From Actinomycetota bacterium (GTDB lineage: Bacteria; Actinomycetota; Humimicrobiia; Humimicrobiales; Humimicrobiaceae): DNA of 50,977 nucleotides. Under the pieces are notes generated by a model, which made no database searches, had not been told where the DNA came from, and saw only the letters and a program-made list of their open reading frames with translations. The stretch covers positions 1 to 50,977 of the forward strand of contig JABMRD010000009.1 of assembly GCA_013202875.1 (NCBI GenBank). The letters are read 5' to 3'. A program made the position numbers and the translations under genes. The stretch's first letter is position 1; each line of letters opens with the position of its first letter. Positions 37,406 to 46,558 of this stretch are shown in pieces.

Positions 37406-38431
37406 ATGCAGATACTAAAGTTAGATAAGAAAAATTTAAATGAATTTATTTTCAGTTTGAATGATTTCGGTGAAGTACATGCCCCTGTTAAAAAAGGCGA
37501 TAAGCAGTTTGTTTTCTCAAAACTTACCGATTTCTCCAAGATAAAGCTTGAATATACCAGAACTATCCTGCCGCCCAAGAAATATTTCCATCCACCAACC
37601 GATACTCTATTTAAATTTTCTCAAGAGGAAGGATACCAATCGTTAACAGAAGAATTGAGAAAAAAATATGTGATCTTTGGACTCCATCCTTGCGACATTT
37701 ATGCCATTAAGATACTCGATTTGATCTTTGCAGGAGAATTTGTAGACGATCGCTATTTCATCCGAAGAAAGAATGTTGCCATAATCGGATTGGATTGTAT
37801 CCCGGATGACAAATGTTTCTGCCGTTCAATGAGGGCAGACTTTGTAGAAGATGGTTTTGACCTGTTCTTATCAGATATTGGTAATTCCTATTTGGTTAGA
37901 GTAGGAACAGGCCGGGGAGATGATATGGTGCGTAAGACTCAAGACCTTTTTAAAGAAGTGAATAAAAAGGATATAACAGAGTATAAAAGGAGGTCTGATG
38001 AGAAGAAGAATCTTTTCAAGGTGGATATCGAACTTAGTGACTTGCCGGAAATAATGGACCTGGAGTATGAAAGCAAGGTGTGGGAAGAGATTGGCAAGGA
38101 GTGCCTTAGCTGCGGCAGTTGTTCAATGGTCTGTCCAACTTGTTACTGCTATGATGTATTTGATGAAATTAATTTGGATGCCAACCATGGAGTACGCAAA
38201 AGACAATGGGATTCCTGCTTATTTAAGGATTATGCCCTGGTTGCAGGAGGGCATAATTTCAGAGCAGAGCGGTCATTGAGGGTTAAGAATAGATTTTTCC
38301 ATAAACAGAGAGGATTTGTTGCCCAATATGGAAGGCCAAGTTGTGTCGGATGTGGACGTTGTATAGAGGCATGCCCGGCTAAGATAGATATTATAGAGGT
38401 AATTAATAGAATACGAGGTGCAAAATTATGA
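37406..38431 (+). CDS. hyhB: Group 3b (sulfhydrogenase-type) [NiFe] hydrogenase beta subunit, copy 1
   Basis: 341 aa from the ATG at 37406, 4 nt after the kinase stop. Motifs are CLSCGSCSMVCPTCYCYD and CVGCGRCIEACP. Confidence 0.8.
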   Translation: MQILKLDKKNLNEFIFSLNDFGEVHAPVKKGDKQFVFSKLTDFSKIKLEYTRTILPPKKYFHPPTDTLFKFSQEEGYQSLTEELRKKYVIFGLHPCDIYAIKILDLIFAGEFVDDRYFIRRKNVAIIGLDCIPDDKCFCRSMRADFVEDGFDLFLSDIGNSYLVRVGTGRGDDMVRKTQDLFKEVNKKDITEYKRRSDEKKNLFKVDIELSDLPEIMDLEYESKVWEEIGKECLSCGSCSMVCPTCYCYDVFDEINLDANHGVRKRQWDSCLFKDYALVAGGHNFRAERSLRVKNRFFHKQRGFVAQYGRPSCVGCGRCIEACPAKIDIIEVINRIRGAKL

Positions 38432-39291
38432 GTACTCGCTCAACTCTGGCAAAAGTAAAAAATGATATATATCAACCGTACCTAGCAAGGATTGTCAAGG
38501 TTCTTCCGCAGATTCAGGATCATCTTTTATTTCAGCTAAAATTTGAAGATCCCAGGATGGCTTCGAATTTTACCCATAGGCCTGGTCAATTCGTTGAGTT
38601 GAGTGTAATAGGTAGTGGTGAGGCACCTGTTTCGATATCATCCTCGCCTACCCGGCCGGGAATTGTTGAGCTCTGTGTAAGAAAAACTGGGAGGGTAACC
38701 AATGCTTTATTTAGATTACCTTTAAATGCATTAGTTGGGGTAAGAGGCCCTTATGGTAATGGTTTTCCTATCGATAAGTTAGAGGACAATAACTTGTTGA
38801 TAATAGCCGGTGGTTTAGGAATGGCTCCTTTAAGGTCTCTTCTCTGGTATGCTCTGGACAACCGGACAAAATTCAAAGATATTATACTCATGCTTGGTGC
38901 AAAAACCCCTGGTGAGATATTATTCAAGTACGAACTTTTAAAACTAATTGACAGACCTGATATGAAGTGTTTGTTAACGGTGGATAAAGATGAGGAAGGA
39001 ATATGGAAAGCCCATTTCGGGGTGGTAACAAAGTTGTTTGATTATGTAGAACTTGACCCTGCTACGACTTATGCTGCTCTATGTGGGCCTCCTATTATGT
39101 ATAAATTTGTTCTTAAGGAGTTGCTAAAAAGAAATTTCTCCAAGGATAGGATATTGATGTCTCTTGAAAGAAAGATGAAATGTGGTGTAGGTAAGTGCGG
39201 GCATTGTAGCATTGGCTATAAATATACCTGCATAGATGGGCCCATATTTACTTATTGGGATGCAATAAACCTCCCGGAGATGGTTGAGTAA
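38428..39291 (+). CDS. hyhG: Group 3b hydrogenase gamma subunit (FAD/NAD(P)-binding, 2Fe-2S), copy 1
   Basis: 287 aa. Motifs are PGQFVELS, IAGGLGMAPL and KCGVGKCGHCSIG..TCIDGPIF. It has an ATGA overlap with the beta gene. Confidence 0.85.
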   Translation: MSTRSTLAKVKNDIYQPYLARIVKVLPQIQDHLLFQLKFEDPRMASNFTHRPGQFVELSVIGSGEAPVSISSSPTRPGIVELCVRKTGRVTNALFRLPLNALVGVRGPYGNGFPIDKLEDNNLLIIAGGLGMAPLRSLLWYALDNRTKFKDIILMLGAKTPGEILFKYELLKLIDRPDMKCLLTVDKDEEGIWKAHFGVVTKLFDYVELDPATTYAALCGPPIMYKFVLKELLKRNFSKDRILMSLERKMKCGVGKCGHCSIGYKYTCIDGPIFTYWDAINLPEMVE

Positions 39292-39300
39292 AGGAAGATT

Positions 39301-40068
39301 ATGGTGAAACCAAAAATTGGTATATTTGGATTGACAGGGTGCGCTGGTGAGCAGATAATGATTCTGAATTGCGAGGACCAGCTTATCGATATTCTTGGTG
39401 CTATCGATATCAGGTATTTTCCTACAGCTATGACCAAAAATGATGAGGAATGCGAGCTGGATATTGCGTTTGTCGAAGGAGCAGTCGTCCAGCCTAAGGA
39501 TGAGGAGTTATTGAAGAAGATCAGGCAAAGGTCAAAATTGCTTATTGCCATTGGTACCTGTGCCGTGTGGGGTGGGCTTCCAGCCATGAGAAACGATGTT
39601 CCGCGGGAAGAATTTTTGGAGAAGGTCTACGGCACAAAGGGAAAGTCTTTTAAAAGCATCCCGGCCCAGCCTTTGAAGAATTTTGTTAAGGTTGATTTAT
39701 CTATTTCGGGATGCCCAATAGAGAAAGAGCAGTTCTTAAAGGCAGTTGCCTCTTTATTACATGGCGACCTACCTTTACTGCCAAGTTATGCAGTATGTAC
39801 AGAATGTAAGATGAACGAATATGTCTGCATGTTGGTTGGGGAAAATAAATTATGCCTTGGGCCTATAACTATAGCCGGTTGTGGTGCCCGTTGCCCGGGT
39901 TATAATATCCCTTGCCATGGCTGCAGGGGTCCTGTAGATGAGGCTAACGTTGCTTCTGAGGTAAAGATATTGAAAGAAAAGGGATTTACCCTGAGAGATA
40001 TAGAAAATAGATTGCGAAGCTTTGCTGCTCAAGCAGAGATTTTGCAGGAACAATTTAAAAAGGAATAA
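39301..40068 (+). CDS. hyhS: Group 3b hydrogenase small (delta) subunit, copy 1
   Basis: 255 aa. Motifs are IGIFGLTGCAGE, AIGTCAVWGG and cysteine-rich distal cluster motifs. Confidence 0.85.
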   Translation: MVKPKIGIFGLTGCAGEQIMILNCEDQLIDILGAIDIRYFPTAMTKNDEECELDIAFVEGAVVQPKDEELLKKIRQRSKLLIAIGTCAVWGGLPAMRNDVPREEFLEKVYGTKGKSFKSIPAQPLKNFVKVDLSISGCPIEKEQFLKAVASLLHGDLPLLPSYAVCTECKMNEYVCMLVGENKLCLGPITIAGCGARCPGYNIPCHGCRGPVDEANVASEVKILKEKGFTLRDIENRLRSFAAQAEILQEQFKKE

Positions 40069-40071
40069 AAA

Positions 40072-41364
40072 ATGCACAATTCAGTAGTCATCGATCACTT
40101 ATGCAGAGTTGAAGGACACGGCGGTATTACCGTTAATATTAAAGATGGAAGGGTTGAGCAGGTAAACGTGGACATCTTTGAGGGAAGCCGTTTTTTTGAA
40201 CCCCTCATAATCGGGAGGCACTACGATGAGATTCCGCCAATATTATCGCGGATATGCGCTATCTGTTCTGCAGTTCATACAATAACTTCCTTGATGGCAA
40301 TAGAGGATGCCTTTGGCGTCAAGATCACTCCTCAAACTACCCTATTGCGGGACCTTTTGATCCAGGGAGGAAATATAGAGAGCCACGCTCTTCATCTGTT
40401 CTGTTTGGCAGTACCAGACTATCTGGGTTATACAGGAGCTATTAGTTTGGCAGCCGATCAGCCTGAACTGGTGAAAATGGGTTTGGATTTAAAAAAACTT
40501 GGGAATACCATCCAAGAGGCGATAGGCGGCAGGGCAGTTCATCCTGTAAACGCAGTGATCGGTGGCTTTGGAAGGTTGCCGGATAAAGAAATGCTCTTTG
40601 ACTTAAAGGAGCAATTGAAAAAAGGATTACAACAAGCCTCAGCCACTATCGATCTAATGGCTACTTTGAAAATTCCTAACTTCCCTGAATCCCCAACGGT
40701 TTATGCGGCGCTGGAATCTATCGATGTCAAATTCAACTTTTTTGGAGACAGGATAATTTTATCAACCGGTGACTCAATAGATATAAGTAAGTATAAAGAA
40801 GTATGTAACGAAAAGGTTGTCCTGCATTCTCACGCGAAGCATAGCCAGTTTAAAAACAAACCATTTATGGTAGGTTCTCTGGCAAGGATAATGTTAAATG
40901 GACACAGGCTAACTGGCGAGGCTAAAAAGGCCATGAAAAAATTAGGTTTAAATTCGTCATCACAAAATGTGCTTTACAACAACCTCGCTCAAGCTGTTGA
41001 GCTGGTCTATGCTATAGAAAGGTCACTTGAGATTATAGAGCAGCTTCTTAAACATGGAATAAAAGATGAAAGGCCTACCGAGGTAAAGGTTAAAGCCGGT
41101 AAAGGAACAGCTGCTTGTGAGGCACCACGCGGCATGTTGTTTCACAGCTATGCCTTTGACAATAAAGGAAATCTTACTAACGCCGATGTCATTACACCTA
41201 CGGCACAAAATTTAGCCAATATGGAGAAAGACCTCAGGGTTTCAGTCGAGAGACTCATCAATGAGTCTAAGGAATCCCTATCAGATAAACTAGAGATGGT
41301 AGCAAGAGCCTACGATCCCTGTATCTCTTGTTCGGTTCATTTAGTTGAGTTAAATTCTAAATAA
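40072..41364 (+). CDS. hyhL: Group 3b [NiFe] hydrogenase large (alpha) subunit, copy 1
   Basis: 430 aa. It has RVEGHGGITV, RICAICSAVH (L1 CxxC) and DPCISCSVH (L2) followed by a 7-aa tail. Confidence 0.9.
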   Translation: MHNSVVIDHLCRVEGHGGITVNIKDGRVEQVNVDIFEGSRFFEPLIIGRHYDEIPPILSRICAICSAVHTITSLMAIEDAFGVKITPQTTLLRDLLIQGGNIESHALHLFCLAVPDYLGYTGAISLAADQPELVKMGLDLKKLGNTIQEAIGGRAVHPVNAVIGGFGRLPDKEMLFDLKEQLKKGLQQASATIDLMATLKIPNFPESPTVYAALESIDVKFNFFGDRIILSTGDSIDISKYKEVCNEKVVLHSHAKHSQFKNKPFMVGSLARIMLNGHRLTGEAKKAMKKLGLNSSSQNVLYNNLAQAVELVYAIERSLEIIEQLLKHGIKDERPTEVKVKAGKGTAACEAPRGMLFHSYAFDNKGNLTNADVITPTAQNLANMEKDLRVSVERLINESKESLSDKLEMVARAYDPCISCSVHLVELNSK

Positions 41365-41479
41365 AGGATATATTAATTGTTGATAAGAGAATCCGCTTCT
41401 AAAGGATTAAGGAATTAGTAACAAGGTTATTTCCACAGGTATCCGGGAAATACTGCCAGAGAAAGACATAAATAGAGCA

Positions 41480-41752
41480 TTACTCTTGTAAAATTTTTAG
41501 AAACTCTTCTTTTGTAGAATTAAATATTCTTTGCAATGTGTTGAAATTATCTTCTATGTTAGAGTTTAAGATGAATAAATTTGTTAATTCTTTCCTTATG
41601 GCCAGAGTTATATTTACAGACTCTTCTTGACTTGCTTTAGATTTAATTTCTTCCATAAGTCTGTCAAGCTCGTTTGCTAAATTCTTAATCTTATCTGATT
41701 TTGAATTTATAGTTTCACAAACTTTCTTTATATCACTAATTTCTTTAAACAT
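41480..41752 (-). CDS. Hypothetical 90-aa helical/coiled-coil-like protein
   Basis: An isolated ORF between the convergent hydrogenase operons. Its composition is Lys/Glu/Asn-rich and I recognise no motif. Coding status is uncertain. Confidence 0.35.
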   Translation of the reverse strand: MFKEISDIKKVCETINSKSDKIKNLANELDRLMEEIKSKASQEESVNITLAIRKELTNLFILNSNIEDNFNTLQRIFNSTKEEFLKILQE

Positions 41753-41897
41753 TTTAACTCCCCCCTATAAAAATATTGAAAAAATATTTGATATATTTTT
41801 TCACAATAATTGATTATAACAATATGCTTTGTTCGTTACAATATAGCTATAAATGTTACAAAAATTGCGACATTGTCTATCGTTAATTGATAATTAA

Positions 41898-42401
41898 TTA
41901 TATACCAGTTTCCTTTTTTAACAATGAAATTATTTCAGGGATCTTTTTTTCTATTTCTGGAGATAATCTATCTCCAAAATCCATTTTTTTGGGTTTAACG
42001 CCAATTATTGATATATCAGCATCTATTTTTAAAGCCTTAATTAGTTTCAATATATCCGCAAGATTTAGATCATGAAGAGATAGACTTTTAAAGTCACTTT
42101 TTATAAATTCTTCAACATCATCTACTTTTATATTTACCACATCACCAACATCCTGCCCTGCATCTATTGCATCTATTATTATTATTTTTCTACAGTCTTT
42201 TACCAAAAATATTAAATCAGTACCAGAAGTTCCTCCATCAATAATATCAATATTCCTAAAAGAATCCAGTTTTCCCAATTCTTCAACAACCCTTATACCT
42301 ATTCCATCATCGGACCTATATTTATTCCCAAAACCAATTATTTTTACATCTGTTTTGGCATAACCACTGCTACTGGAATCATTTTTATTTGTGTGAGTCA
42401 T
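41898..42401 (-). CDS. [NiFe] hydrogenase maturation endopeptidase
   Basis: 167 aa. It has IIGFGNKYRSDDGIGIRV and sits directly downstream of the copy-2 large subunit. Confidence 0.8.
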   Translation of the reverse strand: MTHTNKNDSSSSGYAKTDVKIIGFGNKYRSDDGIGIRVVEELGKLDSFRNIDIIDGGTSGTDLIFLVKDCRKIIIIDAIDAGQDVGDVVNIKVDDVEEFIKSDFKSLSLHDLNLADILKLIKALKIDADISIIGVKPKKMDFGDRLSPEIEKKIPEIISLLKKETGI

Positions 42402-42428
42402 TATATTATTTAAAAAAAATAATATACT

Positions 42429-43730
42429 TTACTTATTTATTAATTTTACTTTCAGGAAATGAGTTGAACAGGATATACAGGGATCGTAAGCTCTTATTAA
42501 CATCTCACAGGCTAACCTAATTTCGTCCTCGCTCTTATCCAGTATAGTCGAAACTAATGCATGCATATCTTTTTCAATATTTGCATAATTCATTCCTGTA
42601 GGGATTATCATATTAGCCTTCTCTACCCTGCCTTTATCATTGTAGGTATAATCATGAATAAGCAAACCTCTTGGAGCCTCTACAACTCCCACACCTCTAC
42701 CTGCTCCGGGTTTAATGTCTGCCATTGCTTTACCCTCATCTAGACCATCCTCCAGAATTTCATCAATTAATCTTATGCTATCATCAACACTGTGAACAAT
42801 TTCCACAAATTGGGCAATATTGTTCATAAATGTGTTATAACAGGGAGCTACCAGTCCCAGCTCCTCAGTATACTTCTTGGCATTATCTGTAAGCTTATCG
42901 TGATTATTATTGAATCTTGCAAGAGCACCAACCATAAATGCGTCTCTGCTTGCCCAGCAGTGTTTAGCAGTAGAATGTTGGACTACTTTTTCATTTATCT
43001 TATCCAGATAATTCTGATCATCAATCTCCCAACCATCAGTTGATTTGATATTTCCATCATAAAGGGCATAATCACTCGTGTCGCTTATAGAAATATACTC
43101 TGTTTTTCTTTCAAATTCAGGAATTTTTAAAGTTCTTAAAATTTCAAGAGACTTCTCAAGATCCGGATAGCAAGCCTCGAGCATTTCTTTCATTTTTATC
43201 ATTTCTTCCTCTGTAGGAAGTTTTGTAAATCCCCCGGCCACAGTTCTTATTGGATGAACTGCTCTCCCTCCTATAATTCTTACCATATCATTGGCCATCT
43301 TTTTAACTCTTAAAGCAATATTAACTACTTCAGGATGAGTTTCAATCAGAGGAATCACACTCCCCACACCAAAAAAATCAGGTGCCGCCAGAAAATAAAC
43401 ATGAAGCACATTGCTTTGAACATTTTCATGATGATATATAAGCTTTCTAAGCTTTATGGTCTGCTGGGATGGCTTGATGCCCATTGCCTTCTCGGTTGCT
43501 TTAATAGAAGCGCATGTATGCGCAACCGAACAGATCCCGCAAATTCTTGACGTTATATGTGACGGTTCATCATGCTTTCTTCCAACCAGCATTGCTTCAA
43601 AAAATCTTGGCGATTCCGGTATTCTAAACATCAACTTCTCAATCTTTTTGTCCTTTACATTTATGATCAAATCACCATGACCCTCCACTCTTGCCAATGG
43701 TGAAACTTCTATATTTAAATTATTTGCCAT
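42429..43730 (-). CDS. hyhL: Group 3b [NiFe] hydrogenase large (alpha) subunit, copy 2
   Basis: 433 aa. It has RVEGHGDLII, RICGICSVAH and DPCISCSTH followed by a 9-aa tail. Confidence 0.9.
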   Translation of the reverse strand: MANNLNIEVSPLARVEGHGDLIINVKDKKIEKLMFRIPESPRFFEAMLVGRKHDEPSHITSRICGICSVAHTCASIKATEKAMGIKPSQQTIKLRKLIYHHENVQSNVLHVYFLAAPDFFGVGSVIPLIETHPEVVNIALRVKKMANDMVRIIGGRAVHPIRTVAGGFTKLPTEEEMIKMKEMLEACYPDLEKSLEILRTLKIPEFERKTEYISISDTSDYALYDGNIKSTDGWEIDDQNYLDKINEKVVQHSTAKHCWASRDAFMVGALARFNNNHDKLTDNAKKYTEELGLVAPCYNTFMNNIAQFVEIVHSVDDSIRLIDEILEDGLDEGKAMADIKPGAGRGVGVVEAPRGLLIHDYTYNDKGRVEKANMIIPTGMNYANIEKDMHALVSTILDKSEDEIRLACEMLIRAYDPCISCSTHFLKVKLINK

Positions 43731-43748
43731 TATAATAAACCTCCAAAA

Positions 43749-44504
43749 CTATTTGTCTCTCTTCTCTATAGTTTTCCCCTTGCAGGCATTATATAGATTA
43801 AATCCTTCCATAATATCCTCTACAGTTAATCCATATTCTGACAGTAAATCTTTATGGGCATTTACATTAGGATCATCAATTACCCCCCGGCAAGCTTCAC
43901 AACCGCTAACACTGTTGGGACACCTGGAGTTACAACCTGCTCTTGACACCGGGCCCATACAGGTTATCCCCAGCTCAAATACACAGGTATTTCCATTTCT
44001 TTTACATTCTATACAAACAGGATAATTGGGTATCTCCGGTTTTCTTCCCACAATGAGAGATCTTATTATATCCACTATTTCAAATCTGTTGGGAGGACAG
44101 CCCCTGGCATAATAATCAACTTTTACATATGCATCAATTGGTTTTACTTCGATAGAATCTATCCAATCTTTTTTATCTCCGTATACCAGTTCCTTTGCCT
44201 TTTCCGGACCATATAAATTTTTCAGGCAATTCAATCCACCTGTTACTGCACACGCTCCAATGGCTACTATTGTCTTTGCAATATTGCCAATTTTCTTTAT
44301 TCTTTCAACTCCATGTTTGGTAGTTATAGAACCTTCTACCAATGCAATTTCATAAGTATCGCTATATTCTGTCACTAACTCTGTAAAATGAACGATTTCA
44401 ATGGCATTTACTAAATCCAATAACTGGTCTTCAAGATTCAGTATTTCTAATTGACACCCACCGCAGCCGGTGAATCCAAATACTCCAACTTTTGGCTTGT
44501 TCAT
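43749..44504 (-). CDS. hyhS: Group 3b hydrogenase small (delta) subunit, copy 2
   Basis: 251 aa from the ATG at 44504, which overlaps the gamma stop as TAATG. An AAAGGAGG Shine-Dalgarno lies upstream. Motifs are VGVFGFTGCGGC and AIGACAVTGG. Confidence 0.85.
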   Translation of the reverse strand: MNKPKVGVFGFTGCGGCQLEILNLEDQLLDLVNAIEIVHFTELVTEYSDTYEIALVEGSITTKHGVERIKKIGNIAKTIVAIGACAVTGGLNCLKNLYGPEKAKELVYGDKKDWIDSIEVKPIDAYVKVDYYARGCPPNRFEIVDIIRSLIVGRKPEIPNYPVCIECKRNGNTCVFELGITCMGPVSRAGCNSRCPNSVSGCEACRGVIDDPNVNAHKDLLSEYGLTVEDIMEGFNLYNACKGKTIEKRDK

Positions 44505-45364
44505 TATAAAGCCTCCTTTAAATTCCTTATTTCCCACAGATTAAATACCGGTCCGTCTACACATACCAGCTTATCACCTATATGACAATGGTTGCATTTA
44601 CCCACTCCACATTCCATTCTTCTTTCCAGGGAGAGGTAAATATTTTCAGGTTTAAACTTTTTTTTCTCCAACTCATCAATTACATATCTGTACATAATAG
44701 GTGGCCCACATACAGTAATATATGTATCATTCGATGGAAAATCTACCCTTGGTATTAATTTGGTGCAAACGCCAATTTCTCCGGTCCATTTATTATCAGG
44801 ATTATCTACTGAAAGGCATAATGAAATATCACCACGATTGCTCCAATATTGAATTTCATTCTTAAATAATATACTCCCGGGATTAACTGCACCATATACT
44901 ACCATTATCTCTTTATAATCTTCTCTATAATGCAGAATATATCTTATCAGTGACATTAATGGTGCAATTCCCAATCCACCAGCAATTAAAAGGACATTAT
45001 GATTTTTCATCTTCTGACAAGGGAAATATCCATTTCCGAATGGACCTCTTATTCCAATTTTTGTACCTTCTACCATTCTATGAAGAGCACTAGAAATATT
45101 ACCAACATTCCTTATACAAAGCTTGAAGAAATCTTTATTAGTCGGATTGGACACAATGGAAAAAGGTGCTTCCCCCAGACCAAATACTGTTAACTCAACA
45201 AATTGTCCTGGTTTGAATTCAAATTTATTTTTTATTTCTTCATCATCAAATACTATTTTAAATACTTTTTCCGTAGGACTTAAATACTCTATACGAGTTA
45301 TCCTGGCAATATCAGGAACATATATAGTATTTTTGTTTTTCTTTACTTTTTCTTCAAACCCCAT
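44504..45364 (-). CDS. hyhG: Group 3b hydrogenase gamma subunit, copy 2
   Basis: 286 aa. Motifs are PGQFVELT, IAGGLGIAPL and ECGVGKCNHCHIG..VCVDGPVF. Confidence 0.85.
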   Translation of the reverse strand: MGFEEKVKKNKNTIYVPDIARITRIEYLSPTEKVFKIVFDDEEIKNKFEFKPGQFVELTVFGLGEAPFSIVSNPTNKDFFKLCIRNVGNISSALHRMVEGTKIGIRGPFGNGYFPCQKMKNHNVLLIAGGLGIAPLMSLIRYILHYREDYKEIMVVYGAVNPGSILFKNEIQYWSNRGDISLCLSVDNPDNKWTGEIGVCTKLIPRVDFPSNDTYITVCGPPIMYRYVIDELEKKKFKPENIYLSLERRMECGVGKCNHCHIGDKLVCVDGPVFNLWEIRNLKEAL

Positions 45365-46396
45365 TTATATGCTCACCTCTTTTTTAACTAAATTAATATC
45401 TTCAGCAATGTTAATTTTAGCCAGACACGCTTCTATACACCTTCCGCAGCCAACACAGGCATATTTACCAAATTTATCAATAAATGTTTTAAGCTTACAT
45501 CTATACCTCTTCTTCAACCTATTTTCCTTATCAGGTCTGAAATTATGACCACCGGCTACCAACCCGTACTCAGGTATCATGCAGGAATCCCACTCTCTTA
45601 TTTTCTTACCGTTTTTTAGATTAAGCTCTATATCATCCTTCACATTGAAACAAAAACATGTAGGACAGACAAGATTGCATGAGCCGCAGCTGTAGCAATC
45701 TTTTGCAATTTTTTTCCAAAAATCTCCATTATCATAAATCGATTCAAAATCATCATAAAAGCTCTTAATATCAACACTCATTTTAAATTTCATACGGTAA
45801 TTATCCATATATTTATTATATTCTTTAAAATCCTCAGCTATTGCATCATTGACTTTTGTATATTTCTCAAGAATTTCATTTCCTTTGGGAGTGGCAATTC
45901 TTACAAAATACCTATTTTTAAGTTCAGTAAGATAGATGTCAAAACCATCTTTTGCATATTCAGCACCAATACTGGGAGAAAAATTTGTTTCAGTGGGTTC
46001 GCTATCCATTCCAATCACTATTAGTTTTTTCCTTTTTGAAATATAATTTTCATCAATAAAATCTGTAGTAAAAAACTCATCTAAAAAATTCATACCATTT
46101 ATATCCCACGCATTAATTCCAAAAAGAATTTTTTTACTGCTCTCAACCACTGACCTTACATTAATGTTTTCTCCTAATTCATAAGCAACTAATTGTTCAT
46201 TGGGAGGGAATAATATTTTTTTTGCCGGTGGGATAGTGGTTCTCATATAATTGGTGTCCAGTTCTGAAATATCTTTGATCAGAACAAAGTCATGCTCTGA
46301 TTTATCTTTCTTTTTCGGTCCTATAAATTCATATTCAGAAATCAGAGCTTTTACAAAATCTCTGTAAACGCCCTTATCCAGGACTTTATACAGCAT
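45365..46396 (-). CDS. hyhB: Group 3b hydrogenase beta subunit, copy 2
   Basis: 343 aa. Motifs are CYSCGSCNLVCPTCFCFN and CVGCGRCIEAC. Confidence 0.8.
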   Translation of the reverse strand: MLYKVLDKGVYRDFVKALISEYEFIGPKKKDKSEHDFVLIKDISELDTNYMRTTIPPAKKILFPPNEQLVAYELGENINVRSVVESSKKILFGINAWDINGMNFLDEFFTTDFIDENYISKRKKLIVIGMDSEPTETNFSPSIGAEYAKDGFDIYLTELKNRYFVRIATPKGNEILEKYTKVNDAIAEDFKEYNKYMDNYRMKFKMSVDIKSFYDDFESIYDNGDFWKKIAKDCYSCGSCNLVCPTCFCFNVKDDIELNLKNGKKIREWDSCMIPEYGLVAGGHNFRPDKENRLKKRYRCKLKTFIDKFGKYACVGCGRCIEACLAKINIAEDINLVKKEVSI

Positions 46397-46499
46397 AAAA
46401 TCTCCTTCCTTTTTCTTACCTTTAAATCACTTTCCGTAATATTATTTGTAATAGGTTTGTAACATCAAATTAAAATATTATTTACCTTTATCAATGTCA

Positions 46500-46528
46500 A
46501 TAAAAGCTCGTTTGTGATTTCCTGTCAA
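46500..46528 (-). promoter_or_regulatory. Candidate sigma70-type promoter of hydrogenase 3b copy 2
   Basis: Read on the minus strand: TTGACA (46528-46523), a 17-nt spacer, then TTTTAT (46505-46500). It lies about 104 nt upstream of the ATG at 46396. It shares the 12-mer TTGACAGGAAAT with the candidate promoter at 33589-33600. Confidence 0.3.
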
Positions 46529-46558
46529 TTTAACAATTTCACTGAACTTGCAGATCAT

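Noticed and set aside
41428-41452. A 7-bp stem TATTTCC/GGAAATA with an 11-nt loop downstream of hyhL copy 1, considered as a possible terminator.
   Set aside because: The loop is long, no U-tract follows on either strand, and the stem is weak.
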